Shown piece after piece: positions 18,382 to 27,959 of a DNA stretch of 53,013 bases. The notes beneath the pieces are model-generated. The model was not told the origin of the DNA. It worked only from the letters and a program-made list of their open reading frames with translations, and made no database searches. The DNA is from a virus (taxonomy: Duplodnaviria > Caudoviricetes): positions 1 to 53,013 of the IMG/VR virus record IMGVR_UViG_3300032086_003020; one strand, 5' to 3'. Numbering within the stretch: the stretch's first letter is position 1; each line of letters opens with the position of its first letter. A program made the translations under genes and the position numbers.

Positions 18382-18625
18382 GACCTGCCCAAAATGTGGA
18401 GCAACCTGGATCAATGGAGAACATTACTGGGCAACAGGTAAGAAGGGAAATGAAGATGATCTTGCTGGTCTAGTGTGCAACAAACTGGGAGATGATACTT
18501 GCATAAATCCAAAGAAAGGATCTGATGCAGGAGATACTTGGGCAAAAAGACTTGGATATCTAGAGGGTGCCACAGAGTCTAGAAAGAAAATGCTAAATGA
18601 TCTAAATGATCAACTGGAGGAATAA
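18368..18625 (+). CDS. hypothetical Zn-binding protein
   Basis: CPKCG...C...CIN; GGAG RBS. Confidence 0.7.
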   Translation: MESTKTCPKCGATWINGEHYWATGKKGNEDDLAGLVCNKLGDDTCINPKKGSDAGDTWAKRLGYLEGATESRKKMLNDLNDQLEE

Positions 18626-18789
18626 TGTCTACAGGAAGATTGACAAAGATTGATATAGAAGCAAGAGTTTACAAATTAAAAAATGATATTCTTGATGGTA
18701 AATATGATGGTGCAAGTGAAGATTGGATAAATGGAGCACATTATACTTTAAATCAAGTTCTAGACATTATAAACGAATATCGACTTTGA
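18625..18789 (+). CDS. small hypothetical protein (54 aa)
   Basis: GGAGG RBS, TAATG coupling; read by hand. Confidence 0.65.
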   Translation: MSTGRLTKIDIEARVYKLKNDILDGKYDGASEDWINGAHYTLNQVLDIINEYRL

Positions 18790-18962
18790 TGAACTCAGAC
18801 GAAAAAAGAGAGTTTTATAAATCCCTCAGAGAGAGAATCCATCAATTAAGAATGGGGCATCTCTTTGAGGAACCTTGCCCATTATATGAACCAGAGTGGG
18901 ATGAAGATCTTTGGGATTGTCGTCTTACTTATGATCATGATGAGGAAGAAGAGGACGATTAA
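18789..18962 (+). CDS. acidic hypothetical protein
   Basis: TGATG coupling. Confidence 0.6.
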   Translation: MNSDEKREFYKSLRERIHQLRMGHLFEEPCPLYEPEWDEDLWDCRLTYDHDEEEEDD

Positions 18963-19002
18963 AACTCTTATAAATATTTGGGAAGCATAAAGTTGTTCCC
19001 AA

Positions 19003-19362
19003 ATGGAAAGAAAGTGTAGAGAGTGTGGTTCTGTTCACCTATTGACTAATTATCCAAAAGCTAGTATGGTTAAGGGAGTTCAATACTATCGACATCTCTG
19101 CACAACCTGTTATTCAAAACAGAAGATAAATAAATCACAAGATCGGATGGAAAAGTTCAGGGAATATAAGAAGACCCTGAAATGTAATCGTTGTGGATAT
19201 GATGATTACAGGGCACTACAATTCCACCACACAGATGACAATAAAGAGGGAACACCCTCAGTCATTGCCAGACATAAGTCTTGGGATAATGTGATGGAAG
19301 AACTGAACAAGTGTGAGGTTCTATGTGCAAACTGCCATCAGATTGAACATTACGGAACGTAG
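19003..19362 (+). CDS. HNH endonuclease (probable free-standing homing endonuclease)
   Basis: CxxC Zn finger plus CNRCG...LQFHH...CEVLCANCHQIEH. Confidence 0.88.
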   Translation: MERKCRECGSVHLLTNYPKASMVKGVQYYRHLCTTCYSKQKINKSQDRMEKFREYKKTLKCNRCGYDDYRALQFHHTDDNKEGTPSVIARHKSWDNVMEELNKCEVLCANCHQIEHYGT

Positions 19363-19426
19363 CTCAATTTGGTAGAGCACTCGGTTTGGGACCGAGCGGT
19401 TGAAGGTTCAAATCCTTTCGTTCCGA
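19353..19426 (+). tRNA. tRNA-Pro(TGG)
   Basis: CGGAACG/CGTTCCG acceptor, CTCGG-TTTGGGA-CCGAG anticodon arm. Confidence 0.95.
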
Positions 19427-19460
19427 TTGCCCCACTGGGCACAATTATCTTTTGGTGAAT

Positions 19461-19577
19461 ATGGAAAAAGTTGTAGAGAGCACTGAAGGCAAGACAAAGA
19501 CAGATGAAGAAGTGGCACAGGAAGAAGTAGACGAGGAGTATCTTGAGTGGTATCATACACATAATCAGGGGTCCTGA
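19461..19577 (+). CDS. small acidic hypothetical peptide
   Basis: 38-aa ORF between tRNA-Pro and tRNA(CAT). Confidence 0.4.
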   Translation: MEKVVESTEGKTKTDEEVAQEEVDEEYLEWYHTHNQGS

Positions 19578-19584
19578 TCCCACT

Positions 19585-19657
19585 GCTCCTTTAGCAATCT
19601 GGTGAATGCACCGAACTCATAATTCGGCTAAGGTGAGTTCGATCCTCACAAGGAGCA
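19585..19657 (+). tRNA. tRNA(CAT): elongator Met or Ile2
   Basis: GCTCCTT/AAGGAGC acceptor, CCGAA-CTCATAA-TTCGG anticodon arm; lacks initiator features. Confidence 0.9.
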
Positions 19658-19663
19658 TTGGAG

Positions 19664-19692
19664 TTGACAAACAACTCCTTTTCCACTATACT
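19664..19692 (+). promoter_or_regulatory. sigma70-type promoter overlapping terminator hairpin
   Basis: TTGACA-17-TATACT; GGAGTTG/CAACTCC hairpin plus TTTT. Confidence 0.8.
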
Positions 19693-19715
19693 TTCTAAGT
19701 AATCTACACAAGACA

Positions 19716-19931
19716 ATGACTATCACGGGTAAGTTCAAGAAGGACATTCAAACCCTTCGTGCTGCTGCAAATGGTGAAATTTTCTTGGACGTAAAAAATC
19801 CAAAACTGTTTAAAAAAGTTCGTCGTTATTATGAAAACACAGGTGTTGTTTTCTCTGGTGATCCTCTTGATGATTATGAAATTATGATGGAGTATCTTTA
19901 CAACGATCTTGAGACTGCTGAGGTAGCATGA
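19716..19931 (+). CDS. hypothetical protein
   Basis: ORF after early promoter. Confidence 0.75.
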   Translation: MTITGKFKKDIQTLRAAANGEIFLDVKNPKLFKKVRRYYENTGVVFSGDPLDDYEIMMEYLYNDLETAEVA

Positions 19932-20206
19932 ACGATTTAGATCCCAAGTCTGTTGCATCAACTAAGACTATTATTATTCATGAACGATTTCCTTATCGGT
20001 TCGTTCAGAGAGGTCACATTCAATTGAACGGAAACCCCGATTTCCGTATGCAAAAAGCAAATGAGTATACTAAAAAATACTCTGATGTTTATTTGTTTGA
20101 TAATGGAGATCAAATGCTTCTTGCCATTGAAGACATTGAATATGCAAAATGGTTAGATCCCGATAGAGTTCCCTGTTATGTCAAAGATTCAAACAGTAAT
20201 TATTGA
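19928..20206 (+). CDS. hypothetical protein
   Basis: GAGG RBS, ATGA overlap. Confidence 0.75.
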   Translation: MNDLDPKSVASTKTIIIHERFPYRFVQRGHIQLNGNPDFRMQKANEYTKKYSDVYLFDNGDQMLLAIEDIEYAKWLDPDRVPCYVKDSNSNY

Positions 20207-20747
20207 TAATTATCTTCCAGAAGAAGAGTTTTCTCGTCTAAAAAAGGAAACTTTGGAAGAAATGGGTACAAGTATTATGCACCCATCTTTTTATGATTTA
20301 AAAACTACTGTAGATCATCCCTATATTAATATTGCTGACATTATGCTTAATGCGGCAAGTGAATATTATGATCTTGAATCAATTGTAGGTTATGAGATCT
20401 GGACTCATAATAATACTCGTCCTGGAGGTAGACATACTGACAAAGACGATATGTATTATGAGATAACAGGTAAAGAAAGACACCCTGTTTGTACAATTGT
20501 TTACTATCTAAATGTAGATCACTTTCTTAAAGATGGTCGTTTAAAGTTGGATAATATTGCAACAATTGTACCAAAAGAAAACAGGGTTGTCATTTTTCCT
20601 CCTGGGGTCTGGCATGAAGTTGAAAAATATGAAGGTGATCGAGTATCTATAGTTATGAATCCTTGGAATACTCCAGTTTATACTGATCCAGACGATATTC
20701 CAGAGGAAGAACAAAAAGCATTTTGGGGAGACATGGAGAGTCTTTAA
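20178..20747 (+). CDS. 2OG-Fe(II) oxygenase (prolyl hydroxylase-like)
   Basis: IIDNYL, HTDKD, IVYYLN, PKENRVVIF..WHEV..R.S. Confidence 0.8.
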   Translation: MSKIQTVIIDNYLPEEEFSRLKKETLEEMGTSIMHPSFYDLKTTVDHPYINIADIMLNAASEYYDLESIVGYEIWTHNNTRPGGRHTDKDDMYYEITGKERHPVCTIVYYLNVDHFLKDGRLKLDNIATIVPKENRVVIFPPGVWHEVEKYEGDRVSIVMNPWNTPVYTDPDDIPEEEQKAFWGDMESL

Positions 20748-20920
20748 AAACCCTGGTCGGAGCAATTTTTACTCCTTAGTCACGGATGGACTTTAACAGT
20801 ACTGGTGGAGTCAAGTATGACCCTGTTAGGTTTCTTGCTTCCTCAAAAAGCAAGTGGTGCGGATGGAGGAAACTCCCGTCTGGTTTCCAATTTCCAGAAA
20901 AAGAATTGGTGGCGAGCCTG
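20728..20920 (+). ncRNA. manA/wcaG-like cyanophage structured RNA
   Basis: Duplicated hairpin modules with GGA and TTCC loops and TGGYG motifs; near tRNAs and upstream of gmd/fcl; exact family not verified. Confidence 0.65.
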
Positions 20921-20928
20921 CAAGACCC

Positions 20929-20952
20929 TGGGGGATTTGATCCCCCTTTTTT
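20929..20952 (+). terminator. intrinsic terminator
   Basis: GGGGGA/TCCCCC stem plus T6. Confidence 0.85.
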
Positions 20953-20985
20953 ATTCTAAATATAAAAAGACGTTCATTTAAAACT

Positions 20986-21300
20986 ATGGCAACACGTAAG
21001 AGAACTACATCTGAGTCTGGTGCATATATGTCCCAGTATGATACTGAGGTAGAAAAGAGACTACAAGCACTGGAAGCAGAAGCACATACGAAACCAACTG
21101 GTGCTACACAAGCAAAGGTAGATGCAAGACTAGATGCTCTAGAAGCAAAAGCACACACACCTTGCGGAGGTGGTGGTAAGTCTGCTAAAGTAAATGCAGC
21201 AGCACTTCCTGCACTTGCTCCAAGAAAGACCTCTTCTCCAACTGTAAGACTTGATGCAATTGAAGCAAGACTTGAGGCACTAATTGCACAACTTTCCTGA
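20986..21300 (+). CDS. hypothetical protein with repeated short coiled coils
   Basis: RLQALEAEAHT / RLDALEAKAHT / RLDAIEARLEAL repeats; CTAAATA upstream. Confidence 0.75.
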   Translation: MATRKRTTSESGAYMSQYDTEVEKRLQALEAEAHTKPTGATQAKVDARLDALEAKAHTPCGGGGKSAKVNAAALPALAPRKTSSPTVRLDAIEARLEALIAQLS

Positions 21301-21306
21301 TGACTT

Positions 21307-21921
21307 ATGTCAATTGAATTGATTCCTTTATTTTCTGTCCCTGTTATTAAATTTAAGTTTAGCAAGCACAATAATTACAACTTCCCAACCATTGAGAGGC
21401 AAGAACGCATTCCCGATGGTTGGGAAGTTTCGCTTAATAGTTCTTATCCATGCATTGAAGATAATGATCCATATATCTTCCCAGAAACTAGGGATTGCAT
21501 AGAACGTGATCTTTTCGCAGATGTTCAAGCAGTTCTAAAACGACTAGGGGTATCTTATAAAGGTGCTTACTTTACAGACGTTTGGTATAATGTTTACCAT
21601 GAAGATCAAGGACAAGAACCTCACGATCATCTGGTAAATGCTGGAGAACCTAATGCATATTGGTCTGGAATTTACTATAATCGTGGAGCATCTCCTACAA
21701 AGTTTCATAATGCACATAGATATATGAAACTTTGTATGCCACCTGATATACATCCAGATTCAGCCATTGGTGAAATGTATAATGATATGCATGACCAAGA
21801 AGTTGAAGATGGAGATGTGATTTTATTCCCACCTTGGTTAGTTCATGAGGTAATTCCTGATAAAACTAGGACTGATATGAGATTGACATTCACTTTTAAT
21901 GTAGGTTATAATCATGAGTGA
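21307..21921 (+). CDS. 2OG-Fe(II) oxygenase-like protein
   Basis: WYN...QEPHDH...WSGIYY...[14 protein letters not shown]...RLTFTFN. Confidence 0.8.
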   Translation: MSIELIPLFSVPVIKFKFSKHNNYNFPTIERQERIPDGWEVSLNSSYPCIEDNDPYIFPETRDCIERDLFADVQAVLKRLGVSYKGAYFTDVWYNVYHEDQGQEPHDHLVNAGEPNAYWSGIYYNRGASPTKFHNAHRYMKLCMPPDIHPDSAIGEMYNDMHDQEVEDGDVILFPPWLVHEVIPDKTRTDMRLTFTFNVGYNHE

Positions 21922-22942
21922 TACGAACAAGAAAATGAAGACAGCATTAATTACTGGTATTACTGGGCAAGATGGATCATATCTTGCCGAGTTGCTCCTT
22001 GAGAAAGGATACATGGTTCATGGTATTGTGAGGAGAGCATCTCTAATCAATACTGCTCGTATTGACCATATCTATGATCATGAACGCATTAAGTTGCATT
22101 ATGGTGATCTAACTGATTCTGCTAATATCATTCACATTCTTCAGCAGACTCAACCTGATGAGATTTATAATCTTGCTGCTCAGAGTCATGTGAAAGTATC
22201 GTTTGAACTTCCTGAGTATACGGGTAATGTTGATGGTCTTGGTACACTTCGTATCCTTGAGGCAGTTCGTATTCTAGGTATGGAGAAGAAGTGCCGTATC
22301 TATCAGGCATCAACGTCTGAGATGTATGGTCTTGTTCAGGAGACTCCTCAGAGTGAAACCACACCATTCTATCCACGTTCACCTTATGGATGTGCAAAGG
22401 TTTATGCTTATTGGTTGACTAAGAACTACCGTGAATCTTATGGCATGTATGCCTGTACTGGTATTCTATTCAATCATGAGTCACCTCGCCGAGGTGAGAC
22501 TTTTGTAACCCGTAAAGTTACCCGTGGTTTATCACGCATTTCTGTTGGTGAACAGAAAGTTTTGTATCTTGGCAATCTAGATGCAAAACGTGATTGGGGA
22601 CATGCAAAAGATTATGTCCGTGCTATGTGGTTGATGTTACAGCAAGATGAACCTGAAGATTATGTAATTGCTACTGGTGAGCAATATTCAGTTCGTGAAT
22701 TTGTAGAACGTACTGCACCATATTTTGGTATGAGTATTGAATGGCATGGTGAAGGTGAAGACGAGATTGGTATGGATAAGCATACCAAAAGGACTATCAT
22801 TGCTGTAGATCCTAAATATTACCGTCCTGCTGAAGTTGAAACTCTACTTGGAGATCCAACGAAAGCAAAAGAAAAACTTGGATGGGAACCTGAAATTACT
22901 TTTGATGAATTGATTGAGGACATGTGTATCTATGGACAGTGA
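21914..22942 (+). CDS. gmd: GDP-mannose 4,6-dehydratase
   Basis: [38 protein letters not shown]. Confidence 0.97.
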   Translation: MSDTNKKMKTALITGITGQDGSYLAELLLEKGYMVHGIVRRASLINTARIDHIYDHERIKLHYGDLTDSANIIHILQQTQPDEIYNLAAQSHVKVSFELPEYTGNVDGLGTLRILEAVRILGMEKKCRIYQASTSEMYGLVQETPQSETTPFYPRSPYGCAKVYAYWLTKNYRESYGMYACTGILFNHESPRRGETFVTRKVTRGLSRISVGEQKVLYLGNLDAKRDWGHAKDYVRAMWLMLQQDEPEDYVIATGEQYSVREFVERTAPYFGMSIEWHGEGEDEIGMDKHTKRTIIAVDPKYYRPAEVETLLGDPTKAKEKLGWEPEITFDELIEDMCIYGQ

Positions 22943-23879
22943 TTCTAAAATTTACGTTGCAGGTCATAACGGACTTGTAGGATCTGCAATTGTACGAAAA
23001 CTACGAGCAGAAGGATATAATAATCTTCTTTTGATTCCTAGTAGTGAATGTGATCTTCGTGACAAGGAAGCAGTAGAAAATCTATTTTCTATTCATCAAC
23101 CCGATTACGTTATCCTTGCAGCTGCAAAGGTTGGTGGAATCCTTGGTAACAAACATTACAAGGGTGAGATGATCTATGACAATCTGATGATTCAGAATAA
23201 TGTCATTGATACTGCATATCGTTCTGGAGTTAAGAAACTTCTTTTCCTTGGTTCTTCTTGCATCTATCCAAAGCATTGTAATCTTCCAATCAAAGAAGAT
23301 TATCTAATGACTGGTTTGCTAGAACCAACTAATGACTCATATGCAGTAGCAAAGATTGCTGGAATTAAGATGTGCCAGGCATATAATGAACAGTATGGAT
23401 TCAATGCCATTAGTGCAATGCCTTGCAATCTTTATGGAATTAATGATAATTTCCATCCAGAGAAGTCTCATGTTCTTCCTGGACTGATTCGTAGGTTTCA
23501 TGAAGCAAAAGAGCAGAACTTACCAACAGTGACATGCTGGGGTGATGGATCACCACTTCGTGAGTTTTTATTTGTAGATGATCTAGCAGATGCTTGTGTC
23601 TATCTAATGAATAATTATCACAACTCTCAGGAGATCGTGAATGTTGGTACTGGTGATGAAATTAGTATTCGTGAACTCGCAGAAACTATTGCTGATGTAG
23701 TTGGATATGAAGGTCTCATTATGTGGGATACTGAAAAACCAAATGGTACTATGCGTAAAGTGATGGATGTGTCTCGTATCAAGTCAACAGGATGGGAACC
23801 AAAAGTAAGTATCCGTAAAGGTATTGAACTTACATATGAATGGTTCAAAGAAAATGTAGACTCAGTTCGTGGAGGTTGA
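22932..23879 (+). CDS. fcl: GDP-L-fucose synthase
   Basis: [35 protein letters not shown]. Confidence 0.96.
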   Translation: MDSDSKIYVAGHNGLVGSAIVRKLRAEGYNNLLLIPSSECDLRDKEAVENLFSIHQPDYVILAAAKVGGILGNKHYKGEMIYDNLMIQNNVIDTAYRSGVKKLLFLGSSCIYPKHCNLPIKEDYLMTGLLEPTNDSYAVAKIAGIKMCQAYNEQYGFNAISAMPCNLYGINDNFHPEKSHVLPGLIRRFHEAKEQNLPTVTCWGDGSPLREFLFVDDLADACVYLMNNYHNSQEIVNVGTGDEISIRELAETIADVVGYEGLIMWDTEKPNGTMRKVMDVSRIKSTGWEPKVSIRKGIELTYEWFKENVDSVRGG

Positions 23880-24733
23880 TAGTGTTTTTAGTTGCAACTA
23901 CAAGGTCTTTACTATATGTTCGTGAAGACAATGTAATCACTCCTGTTGATCGTGGTAAAGGTCTTTATTATGGTTTAGCAAAGCACTTTGGTAAGTATTA
24001 TGTTGCTTGCCGTAATAGTGATCCGACTAATACTAATAATTTTATCCCACCAGAACAGGAAGTTGGAGATATTATTGTATTAGATAATAAACTACGAGCA
24101 GAAACTATTCTTCAACCAGAAGATTTTAAATTACAAGATCTTCACGGTATTGGATTCTGGAATGGAAAACTTCTCTGCACGTCAAGTTATGGTGATTATA
24201 TTGCGATCTATGATGGAGAAAGATGGGATCGTTGGCAACCAATTCCACCACGACGTAATTGTAGTTACCGAGATAGTCATCACCTAAACACAGTTTATGG
24301 AACTGACAATCGTTTGTACATCCTTGCACATAATTGGGATAACGGTAGTTTCATTCTTGAGTTTGATGGTATTGGACAACCTCCACGTCAGATCCATAGT
24401 AATATGGGTATTCAATGTCATGATTTATGGTTGCATAAAGGTGATGTTTATACTCTAAGTTCTAAGGAAGGATGTGTACGATCTACTAGTGGTTTTGTAA
24501 AAGATCTTGGTGGATGGGTCCGTGGTTTTGCCCAGGTAGACGATCATTTTTGGGTAGGTGTTTCACCAACTGCAAAGAGAAATGACAGAGCATTTGGTGA
24601 TGGACTTATTCGTAAGTATGATGAGAACTGGAATCAAGTTGATGAACTTGTTCTAGAAGATGAGGGTCAAGTTTTAGCAATCCTTGATATTGGACGCAAG
24701 GCATCAAATCCACAACTAGCAATGCTATCATGA
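23876..24733 (+). CDS. hypothetical beta-propeller-like protein in glycan locus
   Basis: Repeated His-containing blades (DLHGI, HHLNT, CHDL), GWVRGF; GGAGG RBS before TTG/GTG. Confidence 0.6.
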   Translation: MIVFLVATTRSLLYVREDNVITPVDRGKGLYYGLAKHFGKYYVACRNSDPTNTNNFIPPEQEVGDIIVLDNKLRAETILQPEDFKLQDLHGIGFWNGKLLCTSSYGDYIAIYDGERWDRWQPIPPRRNCSYRDSHHLNTVYGTDNRLYILAHNWDNGSFILEFDGIGQPPRQIHSNMGIQCHDLWLHKGDVYTLSSKEGCVRSTSGFVKDLGGWVRGFAQVDDHFWVGVSPTAKRNDRAFGDGLIRKYDENWNQVDELVLEDEGQVLAILDIGRKASNPQLAMLS

Positions 24734-25599
24734 AGATTTATATTTGGGGGCACAAACTCCACGAACACACTCATAGCTACATTCATAGTTCTTATTACAA
24801 GGCATTTGAAAATCTTGGTCATGAAGTTTATTGGATTGACTCAAGAGATGATTTAAACCAGTATGATTTCAGTGATTCTATTTTCTTTACTGAAAATTCT
24901 GTAAAAAATGGAATGCCTCTCCGTAAAGATTGTAAATATATCACGCATCACATTGATACTGAATATCTAACCGATGCTGGTGTTCCTTATGAAAATGTTC
25001 TTAGGTTGGGAAATTATCTACCTAGTCTAGAGATTCATGAGAAAGTAGATCATCTTGCATATTGGGATCAGTCTACTCGTACTTTGTATCAAACTTGGGG
25101 AACAGATCTACTTCCTCACGAAATTGATGAAGATAATCCTGCAAGGTTTAACTGGAGCAATAAAGATTTGCATTATGTTGGAATGCTTTATGAGCAAGGA
25201 CCTTGGTGGGCACAATCTTTTGCAGATATTATTCATGAAAAGAATAAAGTATCATTCAGAGTTTTTACTCAGAATGCATCTGATGAAGAGAATAGAAATC
25301 TAATCAGAACTTCGTTCTTATGTCCTGACTTTAGAAGTGATTGGCACTTGCAATGTGGATATATTCCGTGTAGAATATTCAAGAATATAAGTTATGGTAG
25401 GATCACAGGAACAAACTCACCATTTGTAAAACGTGCATTTGGTGATTATGTTGCATATGGTGGAACACCAGATACATTATATGATAATCTTCTACATGCA
25501 GATATGAATGGGAAGATTGATATTAGAGAAGCAATGCTTTTTGTAAAAGAAAATCATACCTTTGTTAACAGAGTCAATAATATTCTGAAGTTCTTATGA
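24730..25599 (+). CDS. putative GT-B glycosyltransferase
   Basis: AFENLGHEV N-terminus, CRIFK, ENHTFVNRVNNI C-terminus. Confidence 0.65.
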   Translation: MKIYIWGHKLHEHTHSYIHSSYYKAFENLGHEVYWIDSRDDLNQYDFSDSIFFTENSVKNGMPLRKDCKYITHHIDTEYLTDAGVPYENVLRLGNYLPSLEIHEKVDHLAYWDQSTRTLYQTWGTDLLPHEIDEDNPARFNWSNKDLHYVGMLYEQGPWWAQSFADIIHEKNKVSFRVFTQNASDEENRNLIRTSFLCPDFRSDWHLQCGYIPCRIFKNISYGRITGTNSPFVKRAFGDYVAYGGTPDTLYDNLLHADMNGKIDIREAMLFVKENHTFVNRVNNILKFL

Positions 25600-26384
25600 T
25601 CGGTTTTAATCACCTTGGCCAGCACGGAAGACTTGGCAATCAAATGTTTCAATATGCTGCACTACGTGGTATTGCTGCAGCACGTGGATATGACTTTGCA
25701 ATTCCTCAATCTAATTTTGAAGATGAGTGGAAAGATCATCAATTATTTGAAACCTTTAAGATGCCTCACAGTAAAAACCGTGGGTATCAACTACAACCAC
25801 AGTATTATCAAGAGAAGCAATTTCACTATGATCAGACATATGTAGATAATTGTCCAGATCAAGTATGTCTATTTGGATATTTTCAAACAGAACGGTACTT
25901 TGAGCACATTGCTGATAGTATTCGTGAAGACTTCACTTTTAAAGATTATATCGTAGAAACTTGTCAAGGTTTTATTGATCAAGTAAACAATCCTATCGCA
26001 CTTCATGTTCGTAGGACTGATTATGTTACTAAATCAAAGGATCATCCACCTTGTGGTCTTGAATATTATCAAAAAGCATTGACACAATTTAAGAATACTA
26101 GAAATGTAATTGTATTTTCGGATGATCCAGAGTGGTGTAAGCAGCAAGAACTATTTGAATCTGATAGGTTCCTAATTGCTGAGGGTAATGATAATCGTTA
26201 TGATATGTGTCTGATTTCAATGTGTGACGATTTTATCATTGCAAACTCATCTTTCTCATGGTGGGGTGCCTGGTTAGCAAATCGTGGAACTGTAATTGCA
26301 CCTTCTCGTTGGTTTGGTGATGATGGATACACTTCAAAAAATGATACCCGTGATATTATTCCTAGTAGATGGTGGAAACTATGA
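25596..26384 (+). CDS. alpha-1,2-fucosyltransferase (GT11)
   Basis: GRLGNQMFQYA, GYFQ, HVRRTDY, FSDD, ANSSFSWWGAWL. Confidence 0.92.
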   Translation: MIGFNHLGQHGRLGNQMFQYAALRGIAAARGYDFAIPQSNFEDEWKDHQLFETFKMPHSKNRGYQLQPQYYQEKQFHYDQTYVDNCPDQVCLFGYFQTERYFEHIADSIREDFTFKDYIVETCQGFIDQVNNPIALHVRRTDYVTKSKDHPPCGLEYYQKALTQFKNTRNVIVFSDDPEWCKQQELFESDRFLIAEGNDNRYDMCLISMCDDFIIANSSFSWWGAWLANRGTVIAPSRWFGDDGYTSKNDTRDIIPSRWWKL

Positions 26385-27133
26385 TTGATCTATCCGTTGC
26401 TATTCCTACCTATGAAATGGGTGGTGTAGGACCAGACTACCTCAGAGAACTATTTGCAAGTATTGCAAAGCAAACATTCAAAAACTTTGAAGTTTGTATC
26501 TCAGATCATTCTAAGGATGATTCTACTCTAGAAGTATGTGAAGAGTATTCTCAAGATTTCACTATTCAATACTTCAAAAATGTAGAGGATCGTGGTAATG
26601 GACCAGCTAATACAAACTCAGCAGTTGAGATGTGTTCTGGTCAATATACCAAACTTATTTTCTCTGATGATTTATTCATCAATGATAATGCTTTTGAATT
26701 AATTGTTAGGACCTTTGATGCTACTGATTGTGATTGGTTGTTCAATGGTTTTAAACATACTTCTGATGGGAGAAACTTTGTAAGACCAATGGTTCCTCGT
26801 TGGACTGATATGATGTTGGAGGGTAGAAATCTCCTTGGTTCTCCTTCTTGTGTTGCCTTTAAGACTGATAAATTTGTGGGATTTGATTCTAAACTAAAAC
26901 TACTGATGGATACCGATTTCTATCATCGGATGCGTTGTGAGAATGGTGCTCCTGGATTGATTGAAGATTATCTTATTGCTAATCGTGAGCATCCGAATAG
27001 AATTAGTTCTGCCAACGTTGATTACAACTATAGGTTTGATCATCCAGAAGGATCTTGGATTGTAAATAAGGAAGAACTTGATTACGTTCTAGAGAAAAAC
27101 AAAAACAATACATACCAAAATGAGAAAGATTGA
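26381..27133 (+). CDS. glycosyltransferase family 2
   Basis: SVAIPTY, FEVCISDHS, FSDD, DTDF. Confidence 0.85.
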   Translation: MIDLSVAIPTYEMGGVGPDYLRELFASIAKQTFKNFEVCISDHSKDDSTLEVCEEYSQDFTIQYFKNVEDRGNGPANTNSAVEMCSGQYTKLIFSDDLFINDNAFELIVRTFDATDCDWLFNGFKHTSDGRNFVRPMVPRWTDMMLEGRNLLGSPSCVAFKTDKFVGFDSKLKLLMDTDFYHRMRCENGAPGLIEDYLIANREHPNRISSANVDYNYRFDHPEGSWIVNKEELDYVLEKNKNNTYQNEKD

Positions 27134-27959
27134 TCTATCTAATGCAACTTTTATCGTCCCTATCAGATTAGAATCTGAGGATCGATTGCGAAATGTAATT
27201 ACAAGTTTGTGTTATATTCTTGCAAACTTCAAAACAAACGTAATAGTTCATGAAGTTGATTCCGAGTCTGTGTTTGCAGAAAGTGCTCTGCCACAGATTA
27301 CGGAATTTCTTGATGGAGATGTAGAAGGTCTTAAGCATATTTTTGAAGAATCTGATTCACCATCATTTCATAGACAGAGAGTTCTCAATGATATGATTAT
27401 GATGTCAACTACTAAAGTAGTTGTGAATTATGATTGTGATATTATTCTTCCTAGGGAGACGTATCAACATGCATATGAGATTATTAATAATGACCATGCA
27501 GATGTAATCTATCCTTATGGTGATGGCAATTGGCAATATCAGGTTTTTGCTGATGATGAATTGGTTACGGAATTCCTTACCAATGAATTCGACGTTAGAA
27601 TCCTAAATAAGAAATCAAAAGTCTATATGTCCAAATATGGATTTTGTCAATTCTTCAATAGAGATGTCTACATTGAAGGTGGATTAGAGAATGAAAACTT
27701 CGTAGCATATGCTCCAGAAGATGTAGAAAGATATCATAGATTTACAACTCTTGGTTATAGGGTTGGCAGAGTTCCTGATTGGGTGTATCATTTGGAACAT
27801 GCCAGAACTCCAAATTCATGGGTCAATAATCCACACATGCAAAAGAATAATGCAGAGTGGGAAAATATACAAAAGATGTCACCCGTTGAGTTAAGAGAGT
27901 ATATCACTAGTCAGGAGTATTACAAAAAAAGGTTATGTCAGATAAAAGAATCGCAGTAA
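27120..27959 (+). CDS. GT-A glycosyltransferase (GT2/GT7-like)
   Basis: YDCDI DxD motif, GGLENENF.AYAPED, YHLEH. Confidence 0.8.
   Translation: MRKIDLSNATFIVPIRLESEDRLRNVITSLCYILANFKTNVIVHEVDSESVFAESALPQITEFLDGDVEGLKHIFEESDSPSFHRQRVLNDMIMMSTTKVVVNYDCDIILPRETYQHAYEIINNDHADVIYPYGDGNWQYQVFADDELVTEFLTNEFDVRILNKKSKVYMSKYGFCQFFNRDVYIEGGLENENFVAYAPEDVERYHRFTTLGYRVGRVPDWVYHLEHARTPNSWVNNPHMQKNNAEWENIQKMSPVELREYITSQEYYKKRLCQIKESQ

Noticed and set aside
20728-20920. Mini-CRISPR array (GTTTC-starting repeats)
   Set aside because: There are only two degenerate copies with compensatory stem changes, no regular spacers and no cas genes; a structured RNA explains it better.
20826-21371. 181-aa minus-strand ORF
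   Set aside because: It is the antisense shadow of the 20986 gene and the ncRNA.
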